The notes under the pieces are model-generated. The model worked only from the letters and a program-made list of their open reading frames with translations. It searched no databases and had not been told where the DNA came from. A DNA stretch of 64,000 nucleotides from Bilabrum cf. latius (lineage: Eukaryota): contig OZ237750.1 in assembly GCA_965178125.1 (NCBI GenBank), forward strand, positions 620,001 through 684,000, written 5' to 3'. A program made the position numbers and the translations under genes. Below, piece after piece: positions 53,601-64,000 of this stretch. How positions within the stretch are numbered: position 1 is the stretch's first letter; each line of letters opens with the position of its first letter.

Positions 53601-56600
53601 CGCCCCGCCGCAGCTGGCCGCCGACCCACCGGACATCGGGGAACAAGGGGTCCAGTCGGACCAGTCGCTCACCACGCAGTCGTTCACGGAGCCGTCCCCG
53701 AACCAGTACCGGTGGTTGTACTCGGACCACAGGAGCCTCGCTTCCTGGCGGTCGAGCGGGCGATCGTACAGCCTCACGTCGTGCAGCTGCCCGCAGAAGC
53801 GGTCCCTGCCCTCGCCGGTCGACGAGGTCTGCGACGAGCCGATCAACAAGGCCTTGGGAAGGGCCGCCAGCGCGCCCGGGCCGCTCACGCTCACCTCGGC
53901 ACCGTCCACGAAGAAGGTGGCCACGTCGCGGAACCCATCGTACGTGATCACGGCCGTGTGCCAGTCACCCAGCGGAGCGTTCGCGATGAAGCCCTGCGGG
54001 CTCGCGCCCCCGTTCAGGTTGAGCAGCGCAGCCACGCTGGAGCCGTCCTGGTTGTCGGGCGACCGCACCTCCCAGCTGGCGGAGGTCCTGGGCCCGTTGC
54101 CGAACAGGTACTGCGAACCGGACGCCAGGCGCCTGCGGTAGAACAGAGCCGCGGTGAAGCCCCTGGGGTCGTTCTCAGTGCCGCTTGCCTGCCCCGTGGG
54201 GTTCTCCCAGGCGTATCCGGCGAGCCCGGGCACCTCAAGGTGCGCGTCCCAGCAGGAACCCATCACGGCCATGCGGCGGGAGGCGGACGCGGCGCCGCCG
54301 ATGGCGGCGTTGCCGAAGGGGAAGTCGGACGAGGAGCCGTCCGCGCGCAGGGTGGCGTCGTTGCCCGCGCCCGACCGGTCAGACACGGTCACCACGGGCG
54401 GGGGGTTGGGCTCCTGCTGCGTGGGCGTCACGGGCGTGACCACGGCCTGGGACGTACCAAACGTCAGCCACAGCGAGGCCGGCAGCGTCGGCAGCGAGCT
54501 GGAGGACTCCGCCGACGTGCCAGGCTGCGCGGGTCTCTGGAAGTCCGCGTCGGCCTCGATGAACACGGGCCTGACGGCGCCCAGGATGGCGCCGTGGGCC
54601 CCCTGCGGACCAATGTCCTCGATCCCCACCACGTCGTCCGAAAAGATCTCGAGGCCCTCAATCAGCACGTCATCGCTCGTGTCGCCGCGCAGGTAAGCGG
54701 CCACCGAGGGGCTCAAGTTCAGGTCCGCCTCCGCGGCGGTGATGCCGCCGCCCACAAGGCCAGTCACCAGCCCGCTCTCGCCGCCGGTGAGCGTGTCCGA
54801 GTCGCTGCCGAACAGGAGGGCCCTGGCGCCGGTGCCGTCCTTGGCCTCGCTCCACACGGTCAGGCCGCCCACGTACCCCTCGAGGGAGAGCTGGGGCAGC
54901 AGGCCGGTGCCGCACTCGTACGAAGCCGCCAGCCCGTCGCGAAGAGCGCCCGAGGACGCGATCTGGCCGAGCATGAGGCATCCCTGGGAGGAGAAGGAGG
55001 GCCCCGCCAGCTGGGCGCGGGCGCCCTCATCGTCGGCCGTTGCGGCTGCATCGCCCTGCAGCGCAGGGCCGGGCCCGTCGTAGACGTCCCTGCCATCCAC
55101 CCACACGCGCAGGTTGCGGCTGCTAGAGGACGTGGCCCACGCCACGGCGATGTGGTGCCACGAGCCGTCCCTGATCTGCACGCCCGTGGCCAGCGTGCTG
55201 CCGAAGAGGAGCACCTGCAGCTTGCCAGCGGCGTCCATGAGGCACACCAGCTCGTTGCCGCCGCTGCCCTCCGTGATCGAGGCGCCGCCGCTCCCATAGC
55301 CGGCGTAGCTCAGCAGCGCCGCGCCGGCGTCGTCGTCATCGTTGGTCCTAACAAAGAACGACACGGTGGAGTCCGAGGTAGGGTAGGCGAGCCCGGGGAA
55401 CTCCGTGGCGTTGTAGTCCACCTGCACGCGCGCGCCCAGTCCGGGTGCGTGCAGGAACACCTTGTCCCTCCTCTCTGAGGTGCGGAAGACGTACCGCTGG
55501 TCCACGAACCGGCGCGTGGTGGGAGCGCCCGCGGGAGCTTGCCCGCCCCCCGCCACGTACTTGAGGTGGAACTCGAGGGTGGCCTGGGCCTCGCCCCCGT
55601 GCTCGTAGAACTCCATCTCGATCGTGTGCAGACCGCGGGACAGCACGACGTCGCCCGTGTTTGTCTTGTACGCCCTGGGCCCGTCGTGCCCCGTCACGAG
55701 AGCTCCGTCGATCCAGACAAGGCCGCCGTCGTCAGAGCCCATCCTGAACTCGTAAGTGCCCGCCGTATCGATCTTGAGCAGGCCGTGCCACCGCACGTAA
55801 AAGTCGCTGTCGGGGATGCCCTGGTACGGCCCTCCCCACACGTTGTTCCTCCGGGCGGCGATGTTGATCTCGTCCACCACCCCGGTGACGCGGGTGCCCA
55901 GGTCGAGCTTGTCGGGGCGCAGCTCGTCGAACGTGCGCTTGCGCTCGGTGATCTCGTACCCCTCAAAGGCCCAGCCGGGCTCGAGGCCGCCGGTGTCCAC
56001 GGGTGCCTGCGTGGAGCCGCCGGTGCCCGTGCCCGTCCCGGTCGGGTTGTGGAACAGGTGGGCCGGGCTGCCGGATCCCACCTTGCGCCATTGCTGCGTG
56101 GATTTGAAACAAAGGTAAGCAACTTATGAAAGTAGCATGTCCATAGGCAGTGTCTGAATCCAGGCCAGCCGTTCCATGGCGTCGGGGCGGCGCAAGATTC
56201 GATTGTCGTCTCTCACGTTGAAAGGGCCGGGGCCGTCCGTGCTCTTGAACTCAAGCGTGAGCCCAGCGGTTCCACCGTTCTGGAAATGGTCCACCTGCGC
56301 GGTACGGATATGAGGAGGAACATCAAATACTCGCGGTTCTCATGCTCGCACGCACGCGACGAACAGCCGCTGCGAAGTGTGGGTTGCAAGCAGAGAGGCC
56401 ATCGGATGCTGCTCGCGCACTCGCTTCCAAACACTCACGCGGATGTTATGAAGGCCCTGGCTCAGCTAAATGTGCTGGCTCGTCTTGTGGGAGAAGGAGT
56501 GCCCCCCATCATGGTTGATTGCCTGCGGTAGCAACAAGAATCAAGCAGAAACTCAAATGATCAAGCCTCAGCCGAGCATCACAGGCACGCACGGAAATAA

Positions 56601-57045
56601 TGTAGCACTGCTACAGCACGGATTTTGGGTGGAAGAGCGGGAGGAGGCGCATTTCAGGCCACACAGATGCTCAGGAACTCACCACTTGGCCGTCGATCGT
56701 GAGGATGGAGCCATCGTTCGAACCAATCTTGAACATGAAGCGGCCAGCCGTCTGGATCGCCAGGATGCCTTCGTGGCGCGTCACAAAACAATCTGTCGAG
56801 CCCACGGTGTAAGGACTCGGCCAGGAAGTGCCAGTGTTGGCAACGTCGATGGTCTGAACGGTACCTGATGCCTCGCTGTGGAAGTCGTTCACATCCCAGT
56901 TCACGATAGAGTTGGGGCACTCGTTGCTATCTACGAGATACGTTCTGAACGACCAGCCGCTGCTGAGGCCAGACGTATCTACATTAGCCATGGCGTGGCC
57001 CAAGAAGGCCACTGAAAGAAGGCACGAAACTGAAGCCGTCCTCAT
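44640..57045 (-). CDS. Giant type-I membrane mucin/adhesin-like mosaic protein, about 3,990 aa; exons 57045-56683, 56522-56439, 56294-56217, 56093-44640
   Basis: Signal peptide; two PA14 domains (GSNDGS, GSDDGG); LamG/pentraxin-like (DGSWHHIAVAW); TSP1 (CVVSDWSDWTPCS); VWD (WGDPH) with C8-like region; S/T/P repeat; EGFs; choice-of-anchor A; TM (GAIAGIAVGGLVVAGLIAVAAYFVV). TAGs near 56464 and at 53430, 47991, 44742; TGA at 44640. Confidence 0.85.
49900..51800. repeat. Coding tandem repeat: 36-bp unit (STTSTASSTPTP) organised in higher-order blocks
   Basis: Repeated GTCGACGAAGCCGTGCTGGTGGTCGATGGCGTCGGA variants. A marker block recurs at about 49951, 50575 and 51379 (spacings 624 and 804 bp). 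Confidence 0.95.
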
Positions 57046-57652
57046 CGCGCGAGGGCTCCAAAAACACTGCAGTCGTTGGCTCCTTGGTAAATTTAGCTAT
57101 ACTCGTTTGCAATTGCGGGGTTCGCTTGGGCCTACGGCGCACTTGGTGCAGCTGCGAAGGCTTCTAAATGGACGAAACCATCCCGTCTCGGATTCCGCCG
57201 TTCGCACGCATTGGTCGCACAACTTGAAATCTGAGTTATTCACGTAAGTAAGGTGTATATACGAGGCCGGAAAAACTGCACCTGGAAGTCTCAGGCTGAA
57301 ACTACAGCACTGTGCCCAAGCAAGAAGGCTTCATGGATGTGTGTCAGCTCCGTTGCAGAATGCGATGATGTTTTGGCCTGGCGCCGGCTGGCTTGGTGAC
57401 TTGGGTGTCAGCGTGGTGCAGACGTTTGCGCTCATTGCGTCGCTGGTTTCCGTTTCACTCCTAGCAATCAACCACCTACGAAACAGTCTACGCCCACAAT
57501 CCAGGCATTCGTTCCCATCGCATGCTAGCTCAAGAAGAGAGAGACAAGCAGTACCCGTGTTCCGGTATCCTGTCCAATGCTCTCTTGCATCTCACTTGAA
57601 ACGTTTTTGCCAAGATCAAATTTCATTTAGAATCAAAAATTACTTGAGCCGA

Positions 57653-58790
57653 ATGGATCGCCTGTATCGGGTAGCTGTTGCCATTCTGGCTGGAGTTGCA
57701 GTTGGGCGGCAAAGTGCAGAGCTGCCACATCTGATCATCGACACGGATGCATCTACCGATGTAGACGATGCAATGGCAATTTGTATGGCTAATGCTCTTG
57801 AGGACCTAGGGGAGGTGCGTATTGCAGCGGTCGTGCACAATGTGGGGTATCCGAAAGCGATCGGTGAGATGGCACGGCACATGAACTCCTCACCGATTTA
57901 ACTCCTCTCGCCAAGTCAACGGGCAGACTAATATCTACTTTATTATCATCGCAGGAGCTGTATCCAGTTTGATGCACTGGTACGGCCGTGACAACGTCTC
58001 GCTGGGAGCCTACAAAGGCCCGTTCGGCCGCTCCCCAACCGGGCAGTGGGTCCCGGGGCGGTACGTTGATGACCTCGTGGAAAACTTGCCAGGGCCAGTG
58101 ACCAACTACGACTAGGTTCCGGACGCCGTGGCGGTCTACCGCAGGGTGCTGGTAGCCGCGCCGGACTAGAACATCACGATCGCCTCGATCGGGTTTGCGA
58201 CCAACTTGGCGGGTCTCCTGCAGTCCCCCCCCGACAGCATTAGCCCCTTGAACGGGTCGCAGTTGGTCGCAGCAAAGGTGAAGCGAGTGGTATGGATGGG
58301 CGGCAACTACCCTGTGGGCAGCGCCAGCTGGAACTTCGACTGCGGTGGACGTGCCTACGACCCGGTAGGGTGCCAAGGAGACGCGGGGATCGCCGTGGGG
58401 ATGATGCCGACGAGCGTGGATCAGGTGTTCTCCGGACTTGGGAAGGACGTGCTCACCGGCGGGGTGCTGACCGACTGCGCCCCTCCGTCGAACCCATGCC
58501 GGCGAGCCATCATCGACAGGCAGGGGCCGGGCACTCCCCGCAGCAGCTGGGATCCCCTGGTGACCCTCGCTGCCATCCGGGGGGTGGATGCAGTGCACTG
58601 CAATCAGCAGGGAAGGGGAGGCCGGTGTGTCGTAAGCCCAGCGGGGGTCAATAAGTGGGTGACCCCGGGCGTAAACGAGACGTACCTGGCCTTCAATGCG
58701 CCCGCGAACGCTTCGATGCAGGCGCTCGGCCTTACCATCGATGACTTGCTGTGCAGGCCTCCTGCCTTGCAAGATCGCGCCTTAGATTGA
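57653..58790 (+). CDS. Secreted nucleoside hydrolase-family protein; intron 57864-57954
   Basis: Signal peptide; IIDTDASTDVDDAMA (Asp-rich Ca-binding motif); SIGFATNLA, WMGG, WNF, SSWDP. TAGs at 58113 and 58167; TGA stop; branch-point-like GACTAAT in the intron. Confidence 0.88.
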
Positions 58791-58937
58791 GTTGTTCTCT
58801 GCATGCTCATGTTTGCAGCGCTCAAAGCGTTGCAAGGCGCTGGAAAAATCGCCGTGCAGTTCAGGAAGCCACTGGTTCCGTTATTTTGCGCGGCGCCAGC
58901 ACCGAGGCTGGCTTTCTGCAACGCGACTAATACTGCG

Positions 58938-61900
58938 ATGGCTTCCAGCAAGGAAGCAGAGCAGGAGCTAATACTTCGATTGGCTTCATTGGCATCTTTG
59001 CAAAACCAAGAAAAGTAGTTGGCTGCGACTTTGGCAGCTGCGAGGCTGAAGGGAAGCCCGACCGAGATTATTGAAGGTCTCAAACATGGCAATCTTTCTC
59101 GCCTTTTGAACGTCGCGTCACATGACACAAGTGAATCTGGTCTCCCAGTTGAGCCACTGCTGCGCCTTCCGAAGAACAAGTCAGGCTCGGGTTCCAGAGC
59201 AGTCTACGGCGCCAGCTATAATCTTGGCGGCAGCCCGGGGCCTGCTCCTGGCGGGCGCAGGGCAAGGCGAAAAGGCTCAGTCGTAGCAGCCCAAACCAGC
59301 ATCTCTGAGCATGCTGGCGTGAAAGTATCTCACGGCCAGAGCGTTGGGATCATAGTTCGCAAATTGCAGTTCCAAGTGAGACTACCGTGCTGTAGTGCTT
59401 TGCTATTCCAGCGCTTGTATCCAGCAAAAGGTATTCAATTTGTACACCACCGAGCCGCAGTTGTCTGGTGGAACCAAGGGAGTAGCCAGGAAGCAAGACA
59501 TAATCTTACTCCCAGGTGGTAAGTCGTACTTGCAGCAGGGTGCAAGTGCGTGCCTGTCCCAATCTGAATGCTTAGCCAGATGAGAAAGCCCCGTCGCCTC
59601 CTCTCGCAGATGCCGACGTCACGAAATCTATCATGGAGGTGCCCGATAGAACGGCATTTCGTCGAAACCGGCAGCTCGACGAGATTAAAGACGTAGAATC
59701 TGAGGATGGCTCGCCCCTCCCCGACGAATAGTGGTCGCTGGCCATCGTGGTGAACACGGACGTGGATGCCGCTGTAGGGGAGACGCAGCCCGTATGGATT
59801 TTCTTTAATAGCTATGTGGACACCCTGTTCAAGGTCGTGAACCAAGGCGTTGGGGAGAGCGAGCAGGGCGAGGGCGAAGAAAGCGAGCAGAAGAGCAGCT
59901 CCGCCGACGACCCGGCCTCGGCCAAGAAGGCAGGCAGGGGCGTGTTTGGTTGGCTGTGCTGCTGCTGTGGGAGCGGGGTCTCAGCCGAGGAGCTGGCGAA
60001 AGCGGACCGCGCGTCCAAAGACAGGGCGAAAGCTAGCTCGGATGCGGCGGCCGCTGGCCCGGCGGCTGCAGCACAAGAGGACGGCAGCCCTGGCGAGGAC
60101 CTGGGCAAGGGCATGCAACCCGGTGACAGTGGCCAACCTTACGAGGACGGCGAAGACGACGGGGATTCAGACTACGACTGCGACGCAGCCGACGGAGAAC
60201 CGGCCGGGGGTAGAGATGGCGAGGTTGGCGGGGAGAGACCTGCGTTGCCTAGCATCAACACAGGGGCGGACGGAATGTCTTTAGAGGAATGGAAGGCCCA
60301 GGGACAGGCAGCCGAACTGGGCTCTGAGCCTGGCGACGGTATCGATGGCAAGGACGGCGCCGTGAGCACGGGCCACGCCATCGTTCCATTCAGCCCATAG
60401 GGCAAGGGCATTGGGAAAGACGGCTAGAAGCGGTCGGTGCGCTTCGATGCTGGTACCAAGGAGGACGATGATGAGAACTGGCATTCTGGGGGTGATCAGG
60501 ACGAGGAGAAAGCTGCTCATGAGGGCGGGATTGTCGATTCTACGTCGGGGGCTGGCAGGCATTCGATCTCGGGCGACGGAAGCAGCCCCGAGTCTGTTGC
60601 ACCTGCTGGCTCAGCAGCCCCAAGCCGAGATGCTGCCGCGAACACACCTGGATCGAGTGGTGCCCCAAGCGCTGCAAGCGCAGACAATGTGGCTGGTGGG
60701 GACTCACCCAAGGCTCGCCGCGAGAGGAAGAAGAAGCGAGGTCCCAGAAAGCAGAAACAGGCTGTAACTGTCGTGGATCCCATGCCCGATATCGTGGGTG
60801 ACTTGGCATTTGGCAGCATGATGGCTGTGATGGGCCTGCCAGTGCCCCTCCAGCAGACGAGTGGCCAAGACGGAGGCTTCGACTCCCAGTCGTCAGGGGG
60901 CGACAGCAGCGATTCAGAGGGTGAGCATGGCAGCGATGCGACCGAGTCTGGGGACGACGCCCAGTAGTCCGCAGCAGGCCGTACGGGTGCAGCCAGAGGT
61001 AGCGAAGCTGCCTCGACCATATCAGCACCAGTCGTGCTCAGCCGGGGCGATGGGCCCGACACGGACAGCAGCAGCAGCAGCAGCGGTAAAGCAGCAGGCG
61101 ATGACTCGGAGCCCAGCCGGAAGTTCCAAGAGGCAGAGCTTGCTGCTGTACACGGGGGCGTGGTCAGCATCTCGGGTGCCAAGTCGGAGGGCGCAGCGCC
61201 CGGCACCAGCAGCACCTCGCAGCGCAGGCTCATGCGGGGCCAGGCCAGCCAGCCGCTGCAGACACCAGCCGAGCGAATGGAGTCTGATCGGGGGCTAGAC
61301 GCTCTTTCGAGTGCCTTGGTGGGAGGTGTCGAGCTGTACGAATACGGCGGTGGATAGGGGCATGGGAATGGAGGTGGTGCTGGGTCGGGCTCTAGGGGCG
61401 GGGCGGCTGGTCTGGGTGGAGCGGGCAGGGCAGGTGGCTCTGGTGGTGGCTCTGGTGGTGGCTCTGGGGGCGGTGGTGGCTCTGGGGGTGGTGGTGGCTC
61501 TGGTGGCGGCTCAACTGAGTCAGGTGCATCTGGCGATGATGCGCTGCGCGACATCTCGCTGGTAGGCGGTGGCATACACGCCGGTCTGGGCCTCGATAGC
61601 CTGTTTCGCGGCGCCGAGCACGACACTTTTGGAGCAGCCAAGGATTTGCGCAGAGACGACGACTACCAGCACGTGCTCCCACCGAGCCTACCGCCAGGCA
61701 AACCCATCGCTTCCGCTGCGACCACACAATCAGTGCTGGACAAAGCTAGCCGCTTGCTGAAGCAGCTGGACCCCGGCACATGGAAGGACTCGAAGAGAAC
61801 TGAGGCCAGTCGAGACGATGAGGTAGGTGCACATGATGCTGGCGTGAGCTAGGTAGATGGTGATGGGGAGCCGGAGCAGAAGTCAGCTGCTGAATCAACA

Positions 61901-62353
61901 AGCAAGACGAACCACGGGTCAGCTCAAGGCTCCAGTAGGCTAGCTGGGGGCTTGCCCGTGGTCCTTGCACCAGAATAGCCTAGACGAAGTATGGGCGCAA
62001 GTGTCGGCAGTCCTGCCGATGTGACAAGGTAGCAAGCGGGTCGGTCCGGGTCTGTGGAGGATGGACCATCTTCGTCGTACCTATATATGCCTAACTCGAT
62101 CGATGGTATAGACTTTGCAGAATAGCCCGCCGCCCCTCTCCCTAGGGACAGCGCCGTGAAGACAACTAGGTCTGAAGCGCCGCCACGAGCAGCAGCTGGC
62201 GGGTCGGGTGCATCAGCTCAAGCCAGCCATGGGCTCACCTTCAGAGACTTGGCCGATCGGGGCTCCGATGGATACGTCGGCAGTCCGTACATGCGTAACC
62301 TGTACACATCTGCGATCGAAGGGGCGGGAGACGAGATGGACCCGCCGCCTTGA
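58938..62353 (+). CDS. Hypothetical, largely disordered protein (introns about 59376-59424 and 59519-59609)
   Basis: Track ORFs 59747, 60437, 61034, 61646 and 62156 share one frame, joined only by TAGs and ending at TGA. Contains a WLCCCCG cluster and a Gly/Ser repeat at about 61370-61510. Confidence 0.6.
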
Positions 62354-62652
62354 GGCTCGGTGATGAGAGTCAAGGGATGTGATCGAATAGAATAGTATAT
62401 TCAGTTTGGCGAATTTCGCTTTAGAGGCACAGTCGGGCCCAAAGGCAGGTGAGCGCGTCACACAAGAAAATCACCCAGTCTCCGCCCCCCTCTCCCGAAC
62501 ACAGAAAGGGTATGCGCGTCATCGCAAGCAATCCGTAGGCTCGGTCGCACCTTCCCGGTTGCGACCGCCAGCGGAACCGAACCCCGTACGGCGTTGGGGT
62601 TAATAAGGTGTAGCCTCAGCCGCCAGTCGTCCGCACCGTCTTTATCGGGGCC

Positions 62653-64000
62653 TCATTCGCTGTCATCCCGATCTGAGGACTCACCAGAGCTCTCACTCGA
62701 TTCCTGTAAAGCTGCTCGAGTGCGTCGCAGCCTGCCACCTCGAGCAGTCCCGCCCTCCAATGCAGCCGCAGCCTCTCGCTCTGCCGCCAGTCCCAGACCA
62801 TCCTCAAGAACCTGCACTGCCACTCGCGCGGCCTCCACGGCCTGCTGATCCTCGGCTCCCACCATTTCCTACCAGCCCAATACCACAGCCACTGCCCGGC
62901 CTCCGATGTCCTCGGCATCGTGGTGTGGGAGAGCGGCGAGAGCGTACAGGCCCGCGCATCGGCCAGCAAACGCTGGTCCTTCCATCAGTGTGAGAGTTCC
63001 TTGTGCACCGCCAGGTGCACCAGGTACTGTTCTGTTTGGCTCAGTAACACGATTGCCGTAATCGTGGTCAACGGAAGGTCCCCGGTCCCGTGCCGAGGCA
63101 GTCGCAATGGCGGCAGCAGCTGCACCTGTGGCAGGCAACTCATCTAACGTGCTAGTTGCACCTGTGATCGGCGCAGCATTGCTGCCTTTACTACGCCCCT
63201 GCATGCCGTCGTTTTTATGCACGCGCAACTGTCCCAGCAGGACGCCTTTCATGAGTGACTGTGAACCGTCCGCTTCGGCAACCCGCAGCAGTGCGTCGCC
63301 ATCCGGACCCCAGCGAGCTGTAGCGCTGGCCTGACGCCTGCCTGCAATCGAATCACCCACCAGGTCCGTGCCAGTACTACCACTACCACTACCACTGCTG
63401 CTGAGCGCGGCAGGCTCCGCCGCGCCCATCAGCAGATCGCATCGCACAGCGGATGACGAAGGTCGCAAAAGCCACGGCACGTGCCTCGTTCGCAGCCACG
63501 AAAAGTGACCGAACGCCCACTGCAGGGGAGCATCCAAGGCAGCTTGCAGAGGAACTGCGACCAGCATGGATCCCGCGCAGGTCGCAGCCCACATGGTAAG
63601 CATGTGAAGCGATTGGAGCTGGAAGCTACCTGTGTCCGGCCTGGGAAGCATTCCCTGGTCGTCCTGCTCTGGCATGAGCACTCCCGGCGTTGCGGGCCAG
63701 GGGGGACCCATAAGCTGCAACATTAAGCAAGCTACGAGCGGTGAAGCTATGCAAGCAGCCTGTGAGTGCCTGGCCAGGGCTCGCAGGGTCCCATCGACGG
63801 ACAGGCCATTGCCCGCATCTGTAATATCCTTCCTCCCTGCAGCAGCACCCGCGCCAGTAGCAAATTCCACCCTTGATGAGCAGCCAAAGAGCGTCATGGC
63901 TCTGTGAAATCCCCAACTCCACGCATCGAGTCGCGATAAGTGCGACAGCCGCAAGCCCCTTACCCACTCGGCGCCGCCCACCACCACCCACGCATGCAGC
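62653..64000 (-). CDS. Hypothetical membrane protein, C-terminal part (start outside window)
   Basis: Open frame from the window edge through TAG at 62869 to TGA at 62653, with hydrophobic segments. Confidence 0.5.

Noticed and set aside
44481-56129. Long plus-strand ORFs (e.g. 46677-49931, 49312-50553, 50578-51357, 52008-55478)
   Set aside because: Antisense shadows of the GC-rich mucin gene and its repeat, with no domain-like content.

Overview
GC-rich, gene-dense eukaryotic nuclear DNA, probably from a heterotrophic protist; the taxon cannot be fixed from this window. It has short GT-AG introns (mostly about 90-125 nt) and several compact head-to-head gene pairs. The standard-code ORF track is badly fragmented because this genome appears to use a variant nuclear code. 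TAG occurs in frame about 80 times (manual count) in 19 of the 21 genes, including conserved ones (PRP31, TPR nucleoporin, importin-beta, WDR6, GH3, kinase). I found no in-frame TAA or TGA, and those two codons end all genes whose 3' end is visible. Context points to TAG = Gln. Reading TAG as sense gives 21 coherent gene models. Other highlights: two diverged copies of a roughly 115-130 nt Pol III-like ncRNA, each with a tRNA-like core clamped by a GTGCCCG/CGGGCAC stem (22016-22566); and a roughly 3,990-aa mosaic surface mucin/adhesin (PA14, LamG, TSP1, VWD, S/T repeat, EGF, choice-of-anchor A, TM). Coordinates, splice sites and homology calls were made by eye, with no database search.
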